From a virus: a stretch of DNA of 64,000 nt. Location: positions 989 to 64,988 of IMG/VR virus record IMGVR_UViG_2889482124_000004. One strand, given 5' to 3'. Positions 18,525 through 29,537 of the stretch are shown in pieces. Within the stretch, counting starts at the first letter, position 1, and the number at the start of each line of letters is the position of its first letter. The translations under genes and the position numbers were made by a program. Below the pieces are notes generated by a model, which worked only from the letters and a program-made list of their open reading frames with translations, was not told the origin of the DNA and did no database searches.

Positions 18525-21500
18525 TCACTGATTCGCCTCGGCGGCCATCGCTCGCATTTGCTGGCGGATAGCTTTTGGTGATGTGTCCTGAATGCGCTGT
18601 GTTCGATCCTTTTCCATGTTGCGCACGCGCTTCCAAATGTCCGGCATCTTGATGATGATGCGCTGGTCAGGGTTGTTGCGGTTCCAGGCCTCAAGCCTGG
18701 ATCTGACATTGGCCAATGCCGACTCATCTTTCTCAAAAAGCGCCGCGGCCCACTGTGCCTTGATTTCGCTGCTGGTGGTCGTGTAAAAACTGCGACTGCG
18801 CAGCATGAAGCTGTTGGTTTCCTGGACTTCCGAAACGCTTTTAGGTTGAAAGCCCGCCGCCTTCGATAGCGCCTCGGTCAACGTGGTGTCGAGCACCTTG
18901 TATCCTTTGGTGTCCTTATACATGCCACTGACAGCCATATCCACGCCCTTGGCCGCGTTGCGCACTGCGTTGGGCGACACTTCCAGTGCTGCGCCAGCAA
19001 CGTCGCCAGTCAGCAACTTGCGTGCGCCAGTGAAGCCGCGCGATATCAAGTCGCCGGCTGGCCCCACGACTTCCAACAAGTCACGCTCGCGGCTTTGCTT
19101 GCTCAAGAAAAGGCCGGTACCGGGAATCAGGTTGCCCAGACCCAAACGGCCAGACACATCGATTGGCGCACCTGGTAGGCCCGACATACCTTGCTCAAAG
19201 AACTCGCCCAGCTCGGCGCCAATCGTGCTCTGCAGGAACTCCTTTCGCCACTGCTTTGCACTGATGTTGTAGCCCATCAGCTGGCCAGCGCCATCAATCA
19301 GGTCTTCAGCATCCTCCACAAATGGCAGGCCGCCAGCGCCAGCGGTCAACATCAGCATGGCAATCGACCAGCCCACGGCGCGGCGCGCTGCTGCACGGCG
19401 TGGCGCGTAGGCGTCATCACCCTCACCAGCCTGGCGCGGCGGGTTCCACATGCGGTTCATCAGCTCCAGATAGGAGACGCTGTACGTTTTAAACGTAAAC
19501 AAAGTCCCGCCGATAGCCCCGCGCGCCCAGCGCGGTTTGTTGGCCTTCGAGTAAAGAAACTGGGTTTCCAGCACCGCATCACGGGCAAACTGGCCGGGAT
19601 TGGCCATGCCCTGCTCTTTGGCAATGCGGTACGCGGCAATGAAGGTGCTGCGGCGGTTGAACTGCTCGGCCAGGGCGAAAGGTTGGCCCCACGCCACTTT
19701 GACGCGCTCCCAGTTGTTTGCCATAGCTGCGCGTGCATCGCCTGACTTGGTGCCGTCTCCCGCGCGCAGCGATCCGGTACCACGCGCCTGGGCCATCAGT
19801 TGGTGGATCTCTTGCGGGCTCACCGTGCCGTCTTCCACCGCCTCATGCAAGGCCTTGGCCAGGTCGGGCTCGTATTGGTAGCCCTTTGTGCCCATGTCCT
19901 TGAGTGCCCGCGTCATTTGCTTTGCCGCATTGGCCATGCCGCCGTATTGCGACAGCCAAGGCATGGTGATCTGGAATGGCTGCATCATGTTGACCGCAGC
20001 TGAAGCCACCGAACCGCCCAGGTACTGCGCAAACAAGAAGCCACGAATTGCCTGGCCTTCATCCTGTGGATCTTGGATGTAACTGCGCAAGCTCATAGCC
20101 GCGTCGCGCAGCTCGCCCTTTTCCTTGGGGATGGCCTCGACTGCCGTTTCCATGGTGCCGGCATTCAGCCCGCCCGAACCCAAGCGGGCATTGGAATACA
20201 CGAAACTGGCCAGCACGCGGCCGACGTCCTCGCTGTAACCGTCAATGCCCTTGCGATGAATCAGGCGCTTGAGGGCGCTGTGGTTGTTCTTGGCCAACTG
20301 CAGGTACGCCTGGAATGCCTTGTCTTTAGCCTCGTTGCCGTCGCTCTTGAGCCCCAGCATCGAGCCGAATTGCTCCAGGCTCTCAGGGGTAATGCCTTGG
20401 AACAGCTTGAATGCCTGCTGGCTCATGGTGCCTTGAGTGACTGTCGCACCAGGGAATACCGTGGCCATTTTGATTCGCATCAGGTTGGCCTCGCGCTTGC
20501 TCTCAAACATACCGAAGTATTGGCGCTCGCCAGCCTGGTCAACCACATCTACGGTGTATTGACCAAAGCGCGACAGCGGCGCGTAGCCGTAATCCATCAG
20601 GCCTTTGGCCGTTTCGTAGCGGTTCACCACCGAGTTATTGATTGCCAGCAAGCGATCTGCCATGTCTGGGCGCTCTTTGGCTTCTGTCTGCAGCGTCTCG
20701 ACCACCAGGTCAAAGGCATCTTTGAGCATGGGTTGCTCCAGCACCAGCTCTCGCAAATCAGCAAATTCATCACCCAGCATGCGCAGCATGTCGGTGCGGG
20801 CGGTCATGTCGATACTACGGTCAATGGCGCCACGGGCCTCGCGGTACAGACTCACTTGCTGCTCGGTCAGGCCAAACCTGTCTTTAAGCTCTGAATCAGT
20901 CCACACCACACCAGGCTTGAGGAGGTCTCGCTCAAACTTCCCATTTACAACGGCATCAAATTGACCGACTGGCATGCCGCTCCACATTTTGAGCACCTGA
21001 TCGGACACCTTGCCCGAGCGCATGAGCATTGCGGCTTTCTCGGCAGTTGGCGTGTCGCTGTACTTTTTAGACAGCTCATCTACCAGCATTGGCTTGCCAT
21101 CCATGTCGCGCGCCCACATCAGCGTGCCCTCGAACAGCGGTTTGGCCACGGCTTTGTTGTCAGCTGCGGTGATCGGCTTTTTCTTCAGGTCGCCCAGGCT
21201 TTCCACACGCGGCATGAGGCGCGGCGCCGCGTCGGCCGCATCATTGGCCAGCATGGACACGTCATCAATAAAACGCTGCGCTGATTCAAACACCGGCTTG
21301 AACTCAGGCGCGCGCAACGCCAGGTTGCGCATGGTGCCTACGGTTTTATCCCAAAGTGACACCTTACCAGGATGTGTAAAGGTGTGGCTTAGTTGGTCCA
21401 GAGCGCTTTTTTTAATGCCCTCAATCGCCTCTGTACTAAAAAAATCAACATCCTCTTGAGGCTCGATCTTGCTTGCTTTGGCCAAGGCAGCTACACTGAC

Positions 21501-24500
21501 CCCTGACGGCCCCGATCCAGTAGGATGCACCGGCCCGGTGGAAACATCGGGAGCGACTCCAAACATTTCGGGGCCGTTTTCTATTTGCAACGCAGTAACA
21601 TCGTAAAACTTGTGCGGAATCCCATTCGGATCAAGCAAAGCCTCACGCACAGTAATCTTGGCCGCATACACTTTGCCACCCACCTCTAAAGGTGCCACGA
21701 GCGTGTGCATCATTCGCGTTTTGTGCGCCTTACGCTCATCAGGTGCTGACTCTTGCACTTTCACCGCGTTTTTAATCAAATCCGGCAGCGCCTTCACAAT
21801 TTCCGTGCGCCAACCGTCTCGCAAATTGCCAGAAGTCGCAAAAGCAGTATTGCGTCCCTCTGAAGAAAACTGAATCTGCACACCCATGTCATCATTTGCA
21901 AAGGCCTTGCCTTGCAAATTAGTGTTGTACCAAGCGCCAGCAAGCTCTCTCAATTGCTTTTGGCTACCATCCCACCCTTCCAGCGCCAGCTTTACTGGCT
22001 CTAAGGTACGAGACTCTGCCATGTGTGCATCCGCAGGCGTATTGCGCTGTGCAAGCACCGCGCGCACTCGCATGTCTTCACGCATCACATTGACCCCGAT
22101 GTCCAGCGCCCTGGAAAGTGCATCAGTAGCGTTATTGGGCAGGCCAAGAATATTTTTTAGCACCCGCAAAAAGGCATCCCATGCTGACTTGGCTATATTG
22201 CCAGCCGGCGCGTCGATATTCTTGAGAAATCGCTGAAAGTCCGGGTTGGTGAAGGCCTCCGCTGCAAACTCGCGCACGTTCTTCATCCCGTAGTACCCAG
22301 CCGACCCATGGCGCTTTTTAACGTGTTGGTACAGCTTGGACATCTGCAGGGATGGCAGGCTGTTTTGGTGCAATGCGCGAATCGTCACCGCGTGCACGAA
22401 CTCATGCATGAATATCTGCTCGGCACGGCTCTGGGCCTCTGGCCCCATCACTAAGGCGTCTCGCTTTGCGCTGTAGTAGGCAAGCCCGCCCTTTACCTCA
22501 TTTTCAAACACCAACACTGGGTTAGCCTTGGCTTTGCCCATCAGTTTTGCCAGCTGTCTGTAGAATGGATCGCGCGAACCATTGGCGATCATGCCCAGCA
22601 CATCGCTCGCAGGCTTGCCCTCTTGGACCATCGCCATGATGGCGCGGTCAAATGGCGTGCCTTTTTGTGTCAGTTTGCGCGGAAGGGCTCCGAAGGCATC
22701 AATGTCGCCATCAGGCACGCCGACAGCGGCCACCGGCTTGTCGATCACCACCATGCGCGCGGCCACGCCAGTGTTCACAGGTAGGCTCGGATCCATGAAA
22801 GAGCCATCTGGTAGCTTCTCATTCGTGGCGCCACGCTCAACCAGCCAAGAGCGGAAGGCCTCTGCGCGTTTGTTGGACTGAAAGAAAGCGCCCTCGCCCA
22901 TGATTGACACAATCCGGCCACCTGGGCGCAGCAAGCTGTAGGCGTGCATGACGTGCTGGATGTCGCGGCCTTCGGAGAATGGCGGGTTCATCACAATGCG
23001 GTCATACCCGGACCATGAGCCGTTTTGAGCGATACCGGTCAGTTCGCCACGGTCGTATAGACCAAGACGCTTGCCGTCTGCATCCTCCAAACGCACGCGC
23101 TGGCTCCCCATGCTTCCTACACCGCGCATCGTTCCCTCGACGCCATCGGGAGCACGAAAGGTGTCTCCATATGTGAAGAAGCGCCGCGGCTCCAGGGTTA
23201 GGAAGTCATCAACCTCGGCCAAATGAAACCCCTTGGCCTCCAGAAGCTCGCGACGGCTGCCCGAAAGCTCCACCACGTCAGGCCACACGCCAGAATCTGC
23301 AACGATGGCATCAGCGATGTGGCCCATGCCAGCTGAAGGCTCCAGCACAGCCATGCCTTCGGTGATTTCTGCAGCGTCTAGCATGCTCTGCACCACCGCT
23401 GGGCTGGTCGGGAAGAAGTCCAAACCGTCATTGGCGCGGCCCACCATGGAGCGCTCCAACTCCTTGATCCGGTCTGGCGAGCCCATTTCCTGCTGCAACG
23501 ATGCCAGCTCGCGCAAGGCACTGCGGAACTCTGCAGGCGTCTTAATGCCCATTCGCTCCAAGCGTTTGCGGTTGTCGTAGGCGCTCTCCAACTGCCATGG
23601 GATGGCCAGCTCTTTGCTGCCCTTGCGCTTGCCCAGCTTGACCAAGCCCTCGACAAACTCCAAGCCCAGACGCATGCGCTTGTCACCGTCGCCTTGCCAC
23701 AGCCCCTGCTGCATGGCCTCGCCTGGTGAAAGAATGACGCGGTTTTGGCCGCGCTTGATAGGCAGCACAATGGCTTTGCCCACCAGTCCGCTGCGCTTGA
23801 TGGCGCGCTCGGCCGTTTCTTTATTGGCGAATTCTGCAAAGCCGCCATCCGCCTTGTTGCCGAAGTGGCTCACGCGTAGCAGGTTCTCTTTGGCCCAGCT
23901 GGTATAGGCATCGGTCACATCATCAGCAGCCTTGGCCAGCAGCGCGCCCATCTTCTTGCCGCCGTCAACTTCCTGCAACTGACGCGCCAGGTTCGCCAGA
24001 TCACTGCGGAACATTTCAAAGCGGGGAAATTCTGCGAAATCCACCGTTTCGCCATCGATCGGCTCGCCGCTGCGCTTCATGCGTTCGCCGTACTCAGGGT
24101 ACTTAGCCTGCAGCTGACTGCTCTTTGCATTGCGCAGCTGGCCCATCAGGTATTCGACCTGTGTCCGCTGACGCACCCCGTCCAGGAACTGGGCCTTGCC
24201 ATCGTCAATAGCTTTGGCGATGTTGCGCATCGTGCCCGCCAAAGCTTGCTGCATGCGTGCAGCTGCCTCAGCAGAAGCAGCAAATCGTGCACGGCGTTCA
24301 GTGTTCACCTTGCGATCAGCGCCCAGCGCATCTGCGGCGCGCTCATCCAGCGCCTCGGCCATGGTGCGCAGGCGCTCGGCCGCGCTCTGGCTCTTGTCAT
24401 CATCAAAAGCATCGCGGCGCTGACTCGCCAACTCCTGCGCCTGTGTGGTATCACCGGCCATCAGTTTCTGGAAGGCCTCGGCCGCCTCTCGGGTGCGGAA

Positions 24501-27500
24501 CTGGAAGCCTGGAATCGCGCCATTGCCGCGATAACTGCTGTAGCTGCCACCAAGCTGCTTGGCGCTGGCATTGAGGGTGTCATAGGCATCACGCTCCACG
24601 CGATCAGCCAGCGCCACCACAAATAGGTCGTGCCCTTTCTTGGTGTGCTTGGTGGCGACGACTTCACCAGCCGTAGTGTTGCCTGCGCTCTGCACAGAAG
24701 TCAGCGCCTTGCGTTTAGCTGCCTCGCGCGCCTCTTTGGTCTGCGCTGCCTCCAACGCGTCAAACTGCTGGCGTTGCTCTGGTGTCAGTCGCAAGAATGC
24801 GGCCGTTCCCGAATCACCCTGATCGATCCAATGCTTCAAAAATCCTCGGAAGTCCTGCAAGGTCTTTGGGCTGGCAAGCGCTGCTGCCTTTGCTTCTCGT
24901 TCGGCCTTGAATTCGTCACGGATCGATTTGATTTCCGCCGCGCGCTTGCTCAAATCTTCAGCCGTTGTGTTGGCTACCAGCTCGCGCAAGGCCTCGGCTT
25001 GTTTTGCGCGGTGCGCGCTCATGCCGCTTGAACTCAAGACATGGCTGCTCGGGCCATAGCTGCGCCCCAAGGCGTAAGTCTTCATCATTTCAGCGTAGGC
25101 CGCTGCCACGATGTCGGCTTTCTTTTCTCCCTTGTTGCGATAGGCAAAGACCGTCCCGCCAGCGCGCAGAAGCTCGTCCTTGGTCAATTTTTCCAACTCG
25201 GCAACCACTGCGTCGCGGTTGGTCTCCAGGTCGGCAAATGCGCTCTTGTACTCATCCAGGTTCAGAGTGCCTGCGCTGATGCCGGCCTCAATGGCGTTGT
25301 GACGAGCAAGAAAAGCAATAGGCTCAGGCGCTGCGATGGCCTTCTCCACCGTGAACGTCACGCGGCGGCCTGCCGCCATATCCGCCTTGAAGGACGTGCG
25401 CCCACCATCGACTGGGTCAAACACATGCACATCACCTCTTGGGGAGATGCTTTCAACCAGCAAAGGCACTCCGCCCCTCACATAGTCAAAATCCTTTGAT
25501 GCCGTGATCGTGTCGCCTTGAACGGCTCCATTAAGGTAATCAGCCGAAATCTCGGCGATTTTTGCCTCTGCAGCTTTGGCAACCACACCTCTGAGCTTCT
25601 TTGCTGACACGCTATTAGGTTTTTCGATCACCACCTTACGCATGCCACCCTCACGCATAACCATGCGTTGACCGTCCACGATGCTCTTGAAGTCCTTGGA
25701 TGCGGCTTTCCACTCCTCCATGGTCATGCGCACCGGCTCTTCGGGCTTCGCCTTGGCCTTCTCCGTCTCGCGGGCTGCGGCGTCCTCTGCTGCCTTGCGC
25801 TCACGCGCGGCGCGCATCTTGTCCACCACGGATTGGCTGATCTCGGCCGCGCGCGCTGTCAGCTCAGCCATACGGGCCTTTGCGTAGTCGCCCAGGTTGT
25901 GCAGCTTGATGACGGACTTGGCCGCTTCAATGAACTTCTGCGCCTCTATGGCGTTCTCTTCGGCCAGGCGCTGCGCTAGCCGGTCGAGCCCTTTATCCAC
26001 CTCGGCACGCGGCTTGGCGAACTCGTCGTAGTCGGCGGGATAGGCATACCCGAAGTCGACGCCATGCTGCTGGCCGTCCACCCGGAACTTGCGCTCTGCA
26101 TGCGAGATCCCTGTGATGACGCCTGTTCCGTATGGCTTCTGTGTCCCGGCAATCTTGACGGTTTCGCCCCGAGCGAACGTCACGGGGGCAACGTCCCCGC
26201 CGTCGTTCGCGCGCATCAGGGTGAAGTGGTCGCGGTCGTTTGTGGCACTAGCACCCGTATTCGCTTCTTTCCCTGTAGCTTCCGGCGCAGCATCGGCGCT
26301 GTTGCCGGTCAAATTTGAAGCAGAATTTGCGAAAGGTGCCATCGGCTTCAAGATGCTGGGAACCACGGCCGGCTGTTCGCCGAACAGATACATCAACATG
26401 CTTTCGCGGTCGCTGTCCGTGAGCACGCCAGACTTCAGCAGCGTGGTGGCCTTAAAGATCGGCGCATTGAATGTGTCGCCCCGGCTCTCAGCTTCTGCCA
26501 CCGCGTTGTCGATCAGCCATTGAGAGGCGTAGCGCTCGCCCTTCTGTTTCGGGTGGGGACTGGTGGAGCGCCCTGAGCTGGTGGTGAAGGTGTCGCCCGG
26601 CATGATGGGGTCACCATCGACGGCGCGGCCCTCGTCGTTCATCGCCCGAGGTGCGGCAGGCGACTTTGCTACCTTTTTGACCGCAGTCTTTGGCACCTGG
26701 TTTGCGCTTGGCGAAGCCTTTACTGCCGCCAATGCTTGCTCGACCGGGGCATCCAACACGATGGCTTTGACCTGCTTGCCATCCTCTGCAGCACCTACTG
26801 CCTGGTGGTGGCCATCAATAATGTGACCATCGCTAGTCACAATGACGGCGCGATCGCCCCCTGCCGTTTTGGCAGCCGCCACCTTGGATGGCGAATACTC
26901 GGCCTGGGTAGGTTTAAGCTCTGCCGCATCCACGGTCTTGGTTTCATGGCCAATGCCCTGAGCATTCAAGTGCTTGACCAGGCCGCCATGGTTGGCAGTG
27001 GGAACTTGGGGCATGTCAGCGCGCGGGATGCCCAATGTTCCCGTCTCTGGCGCGAAAGCCTTTTCATCACCTACCACTGGCGCTGCCTGAGCTTTTATGG
27101 CGTCGGCAATCTTGCCCTGCAGTTTGCTATTTAGCTTCTCCCACTGAGACTTTGGCAGATTTTTTGCGATGACCGGTGCTACGCCATCCAAGCGCGCCGC
27201 CAGCGCGGATCGTTCTGCGGCAGGCATGCGGGCCCACTGTGCACCTGCATCGGTAATTCGCTGTTTTGGGTCAACGGCTTGCGGCTGAGCTTGCGTCGTT
27301 GGCGTCGTGCCATCTTGACTGACATTGTTTTGAGTCGCGGTGGCGCCATTGGCAGTTGCTCCTTCTGTGGTTGCTGGTTGCGCGGCTGTCGCGCGGGCTT
27401 GAATCGCTTTCTGAATCTTTTCCTGGCGGCCATGTTCACCTGGCAGCAGGCTGGCCAGCTGGTGCAGCTCGCCCGTGGTCATCTCGGCCAGCTTTTTGCG

Positions 27501-29357
27501 ATTGAGCTGGGCCAATGTCGCCAAGTTAGCGCCCTTAGCTTTTGATCCTGGCGCGAGGGGCGAAGATTCACCTCCACCTTGCACCTCAATACGCGCAGGA
27601 ACCGGCCCTGCATCCTCTTGCACGCTGGCAAATGCACCATCGGCAACATCGGGCATTTCACCGGCGGCCAGGTCTTCATCCAGTTCGGCCTGCAGAGCTT
27701 CTTGCTCGCGACGCGCACGACGACTCTGCAACTCGACCGCAAGCTCTTGACGCACCGACTTGCCTTGAGCGCTTTTAAAGGCATTTCTTAGTTGTTCATC
27801 CGACCAATCTGCAAACTCTGCAGCCAATTGAACGCCAAGAATTTCCCCGGTCTCTGGATCTACCGTGGTACTGGCCTTCTCTACTTTTTGGCGCGCCGCC
27901 TTCATGTCGATCGCATCCTGCGCCGCCGTCTGCAGGACTTCAGATTCGGTAGACTCGGGCTTGGCCTGGGCATGTGCAGCAGCTGTGTCTTGTTGCTGCT
28001 GCAATTGATCGCTCACGCCTGAATCAACTGCATGCGCCGCGCCGGCAGACAATGGCCCCGCGTTTGGGTCAATGCCCATTTGCTCAGAAGGCTTTGGCGT
28101 GACCAACTCTGGCTGGCTGAAATCCAGTGCCTGATCAATTCGGTCAGCATCCAACCTGGTGGGCGGATTCACGCCGGCCTGCATCAGCCGCTCTTCATCC
28201 AGAACCGGGGCACGGCCCTGCTCTGAGCGCGCCTGCTCTTGCAGCTGCTGGATGAATGCGGCACGCAGCGCGTCTTTGCCTGTCGGCGCCGGTGCTTCTG
28301 ATTCCACCTCTACGGCACCAGGCTGCACTGGTTGCTCCTGGGCTCCACTTCTAGAGGTCACGCCTTTAAAGCCTGCAGCGCCAGCCCCCATAGCGCCGCC
28401 CGTCAAGACGCCCATTACGACCGCCGAATCAAGGTCATCCGTCCAGTTATCGCCAAGGGCAATGTTTTGCAGGATCTGCTCAGTGACCGATTGCGGCAGC
28501 TCTTCAAACACGCCTTCGGCAATTGCGCCTTTGACCATTGCCGCTGGAATAGCGCGCAATGCAGTTTGTGTTGCTTGGGCAGTCGCTGGGTCGGCAACTG
28601 GATCGCGCAGCGCTTTCGCGCCTTGGGCGATCATGATGTCAGCATCACCCACACCGAGCTTTTGCGAAAGCCTGTTGCCAAAGGCACCAAATGCACCACC
28701 CAGAACGCCTGTGCCTACTGACAGGAGCGATTGCACCGGTGTGATTAAGCCGTCTTCAGTCTCTTGCCTGATCGCCGCTGCTTGGGCGCCTGCCATCACT
28801 GCACCCTCGCCTGCCGCGCTAGCAAACGCAGCACCTTTTGCGCCAGCTTGGCCAAGCCGTGTCGCGGCCATCAGGCCTCGTGCCGCCACGCCACCAGCAC
28901 CCATGGCACCTAGCGACTCGCCAACGCCCTCAAGAATCAGGCTTGGATTCTGTATCGCCGTTTTGGCCTTGTCGACGAACCCCTCGGCTTCCTCAAACTT
29001 GCGATGCGCTTCGCGAGATTGATCAGACTTGATGTTCTCGTTGACAAGATGCTTGGCTTCGGCGGGCTTAAAACCAACTTTTTCTTCAAGAAACTTGCCT
29101 ACGCGGCCGCCTGTGGGAATGTCGGCTAGACCGACAACAGCCTCGGGAACTGAGATAGCAGCGTTAAGCACCGTGCCAGCAATGTCACGAGCCATGCCCG
29201 TGACGCTTCGACCTTCGGGCTCAAAGCCCATATCTTCTTCACTCAGGAAGCGCTGCTTCTTATCCGGGCTATCTGGCGACTGGCTTGTTGAGCCATCTGC
29301 CGTGATTCCCATGTCCGCATCGGTAAGATACTTTGGTTTTGATTTGTCTTGTTCCAT
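18525..29357 (-). CDS. Giant PLxRFG-domain polyvalent protein (ParB-like, N6-adenine methyltransferase, zincin, LPD3/BECR-like domains); probable DarB-like ejected virion protein
   Basis: 3610 aa; L.PTQ...IIDGHH; FFPT...VLEPSAG.G...DRIVMNPPF; HEFVH; YAPLSRFG. Confidence 0.85.
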   Translation of the reverse strand: MEQDKSKPKYLTDADMGITADGSTSQSPDSPDKKQRFLSEEDMGFEPEGRSVTGMARDIAGTVLNAAISVPEAVVGLADIPTGGRVGKFLEEKVGFKPAEAKHLVNENIKSDQSREAHRKFEEAEGFVDKAKTAIQNPSLILEGVGESLGAMGAGGVAARGLMAATRLGQAGAKGAAFASAAGEGAVMAGAQAAAIRQETEDGLITPVQSLLSVGTGVLGGAFGAFGNRLSQKLGVGDADIMIAQGAKALRDPVADPATAQATQTALRAIPAAMVKGAIAEGVFEELPQSVTEQILQNIALGDNWTDDLDSAVVMGVLTGGAMGAGAAGFKGVTSRSGAQEQPVQPGAVEVESEAPAPTGKDALRAAFIQQLQEQARSEQGRAPVLDEERLMQAGVNPPTRLDADRIDQALDFSQPELVTPKPSEQMGIDPNAGPLSAGAAHAVDSGVSDQLQQQQDTAAAHAQAKPESTESEVLQTAAQDAIDMKAARQKVEKASTTVDPETGEILGVQLAAEFADWSDEQLRNAFKSAQGKSVRQELAVELQSRRARREQEALQAELDEDLAAGEMPDVADGAFASVQEDAGPVPARIEVQGGGESSPLAPGSKAKGANLATLAQLNRKKLAEMTTGELHQLASLLPGEHGRQEKIQKAIQARATAAQPATTEGATANGATATQNNVSQDGTTPTTQAQPQAVDPKQRITDAGAQWARMPAAERSALAARLDGVAPVIAKNLPKSQWEKLNSKLQGKIADAIKAQAAPVVGDEKAFAPETGTLGIPRADMPQVPTANHGGLVKHLNAQGIGHETKTVDAAELKPTQAEYSPSKVAAAKTAGGDRAVIVTSDGHIIDGHHQAVGAAEDGKQVKAIVLDAPVEQALAAVKASPSANQVPKTAVKKVAKSPAAPRAMNDEGRAVDGDPIMPGDTFTTSSGRSTSPHPKQKGERYASQWLIDNAVAEAESRGDTFNAPIFKATTLLKSGVLTDSDRESMLMYLFGEQPAVVPSILKPMAPFANSASNLTGNSADAAPEATGKEANTGASATNDRDHFTLMRANDGGDVAPVTFARGETVKIAGTQKPYGTGVITGISHAERKFRVDGQQHGVDFGYAYPADYDEFAKPRAEVDKGLDRLAQRLAEENAIEAQKFIEAAKSVIKLHNLGDYAKARMAELTARAAEISQSVVDKMRAARERKAAEDAAARETEKAKAKPEEPVRMTMEEWKAASKDFKSIVDGQRMVMREGGMRKVVIEKPNSVSAKKLRGVVAKAAEAKIAEISADYLNGAVQGDTITASKDFDYVRGGVPLLVESISPRGDVHVFDPVDGGRTSFKADMAAGRRVTFTVEKAIAAPEPIAFLARHNAIEAGISAGTLNLDEYKSAFADLETNRDAVVAELEKLTKDELLRAGGTVFAYRNKGEKKADIVAAAYAEMMKTYALGRSYGPSSHVLSSSGMSAHRAKQAEALRELVANTTAEDLSKRAAEIKSIRDEFKAEREAKAAALASPKTLQDFRGFLKHWIDQGDSGTAAFLRLTPEQRQQFDALEAAQTKEAREAAKRKALTSVQSAGNTTAGEVVATKHTKKGHDLFVVALADRVERDAYDTLNASAKQLGGSYSSYRGNGAIPGFQFRTREAAEAFQKLMAGDTTQAQELASQRRDAFDDDKSQSAAERLRTMAEALDERAADALGADRKVNTERRARFAASAEAAARMQQALAGTMRNIAKAIDDGKAQFLDGVRQRTQVEYLMGQLRNAKSSQLQAKYPEYGERMKRSGEPIDGETVDFAEFPRFEMFRSDLANLARQLQEVDGGKKMGALLAKAADDVTDAYTSWAKENLLRVSHFGNKADGGFAEFANKETAERAIKRSGLVGKAIVLPIKRGQNRVILSPGEAMQQGLWQGDGDKRMRLGLEFVEGLVKLGKRKGSKELAIPWQLESAYDNRKRLERMGIKTPAEFRSALRELASLQQEMGSPDRIKELERSMVGRANDGLDFFPTSPAVVQSMLDAAEITEGMAVLEPSAGMGHIADAIVADSGVWPDVVELSGSRRELLEAKGFHLAEVDDFLTLEPRRFFTYGDTFRAPDGVEGTMRGVGSMGSQRVRLEDADGKRLGLYDRGELTGIAQNGSWSGYDRIVMNPPFSEGRDIQHVMHAYSLLRPGGRIVSIMGEGAFFQSNKRAEAFRSWLVERGATNEKLPDGSFMDPSLPVNTGVAARMVVIDKPVAAVGVPDGDIDAFGALPRKLTQKGTPFDRAIMAMVQEGKPASDVLGMIANGSRDPFYRQLAKLMGKAKANPVLVFENEVKGGLAYYSAKRDALVMGPEAQSRAEQIFMHEFVHAVTIRALHQNSLPSLQMSKLYQHVKKRHGSAGYYGMKNVREFAAEAFTNPDFQRFLKNIDAPAGNIAKSAWDAFLRVLKNILGLPNNATDALSRALDIGVNVMREDMRVRAVLAQRNTPADAHMAESRTLEPVKLALEGWDGSQKQLRELAGAWYNTNLQGKAFANDDMGVQIQFSSEGRNTAFATSGNLRDGWRTEIVKALPDLIKNAVKVQESAPDERKAHKTRMMHTLVAPLEVGGKVYAAKITVREALLDPNGIPHKFYDVTALQIENGPEMFGVAPDVSTGPVHPTGSGPSGVSVAALAKASKIEPQEDVDFFSTEAIEGIKKSALDQLSHTFTHPGKVSLWDKTVGTMRNLALRAPEFKPVFESAQRFIDDVSMLANDAADAAPRLMPRVESLGDLKKKPITAADNKAVAKPLFEGTLMWARDMDGKPMLVDELSKKYSDTPTAEKAAMLMRSGKVSDQVLKMWSGMPVGQFDAVVNGKFERDLLKPGVVWTDSELKDRFGLTEQQVSLYREARGAIDRSIDMTARTDMLRMLGDEFADLRELVLEQPMLKDAFDLVVETLQTEAKERPDMADRLLAINNSVVNRYETAKGLMDYGYAPLSRFGQYTVDVVDQAGERQYFGMFESKREANLMRIKMATVFPGATVTQGTMSQQAFKLFQGITPESLEQFGSMLGLKSDGNEAKDKAFQAYLQLAKNNHSALKRLIHRKGIDGYSEDVGRVLASFVYSNARLGSGGLNAGTMETAVEAIPKEKGELRDAAMSLRSYIQDPQDEGQAIRGFLFAQYLGGSVASAAVNMMQPFQITMPWLSQYGGMANAAKQMTRALKDMGTKGYQYEPDLAKALHEAVEDGTVSPQEIHQLMAQARGTGSLRAGDGTKSGDARAAMANNWERVKVAWGQPFALAEQFNRRSTFIAAYRIAKEQGMANPGQFARDAVLETQFLYSKANKPRWARGAIGGTLFTFKTYSVSYLELMNRMWNPPRQAGEGDDAYAPRRAAARRAVGWSIAMLMLTAGAGGLPFVEDAEDLIDGAGQLMGYNISAKQWRKEFLQSTIGAELGEFFEQGMSGLPGAPIDVSGRLGLGNLIPGTGLFLSKQSRERDLLEVVGPAGDLISRGFTGARKLLTGDVAGAALEVSPNAVRNAAKGVDMAVSGMYKDTKGYKVLDTTLTEALSKAAGFQPKSVSEVQETNSFMLRSRSFYTTTSSEIKAQWAAALFEKDESALANVRSRLEAWNRNNPDQRIIIKMPDIWKRVRNMEKDRTQRIQDTSPKAIRQQMRAMAAEANQ

Positions 29358-29363
29358 CCCCGC

Positions 29364-29404
29364 AGCATCGCGTGCGGGGATGAAAGATCAAAACCCTATG
29401 CGGG
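29364..29404 (-). promoter_or_regulatory. Late promoter copy 4 (giant protein)
   Basis: CCCGCATAGGGTTT (29404-29391)-N21-GATGCT-N6-ATG 29357. Confidence 0.72.
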
Positions 29405-29537
29405 TAGCCATGCTCGCCACCAGTTGTGCTCGAACATCTAACTCTCTCGGAAAACACAAATGTGAGTTTTTTCGCCAAAACACGCCAAGATGTATCTTAT
29501 AGTTGCATTGTGTTTATTATTAACATTTAAAACTCCA

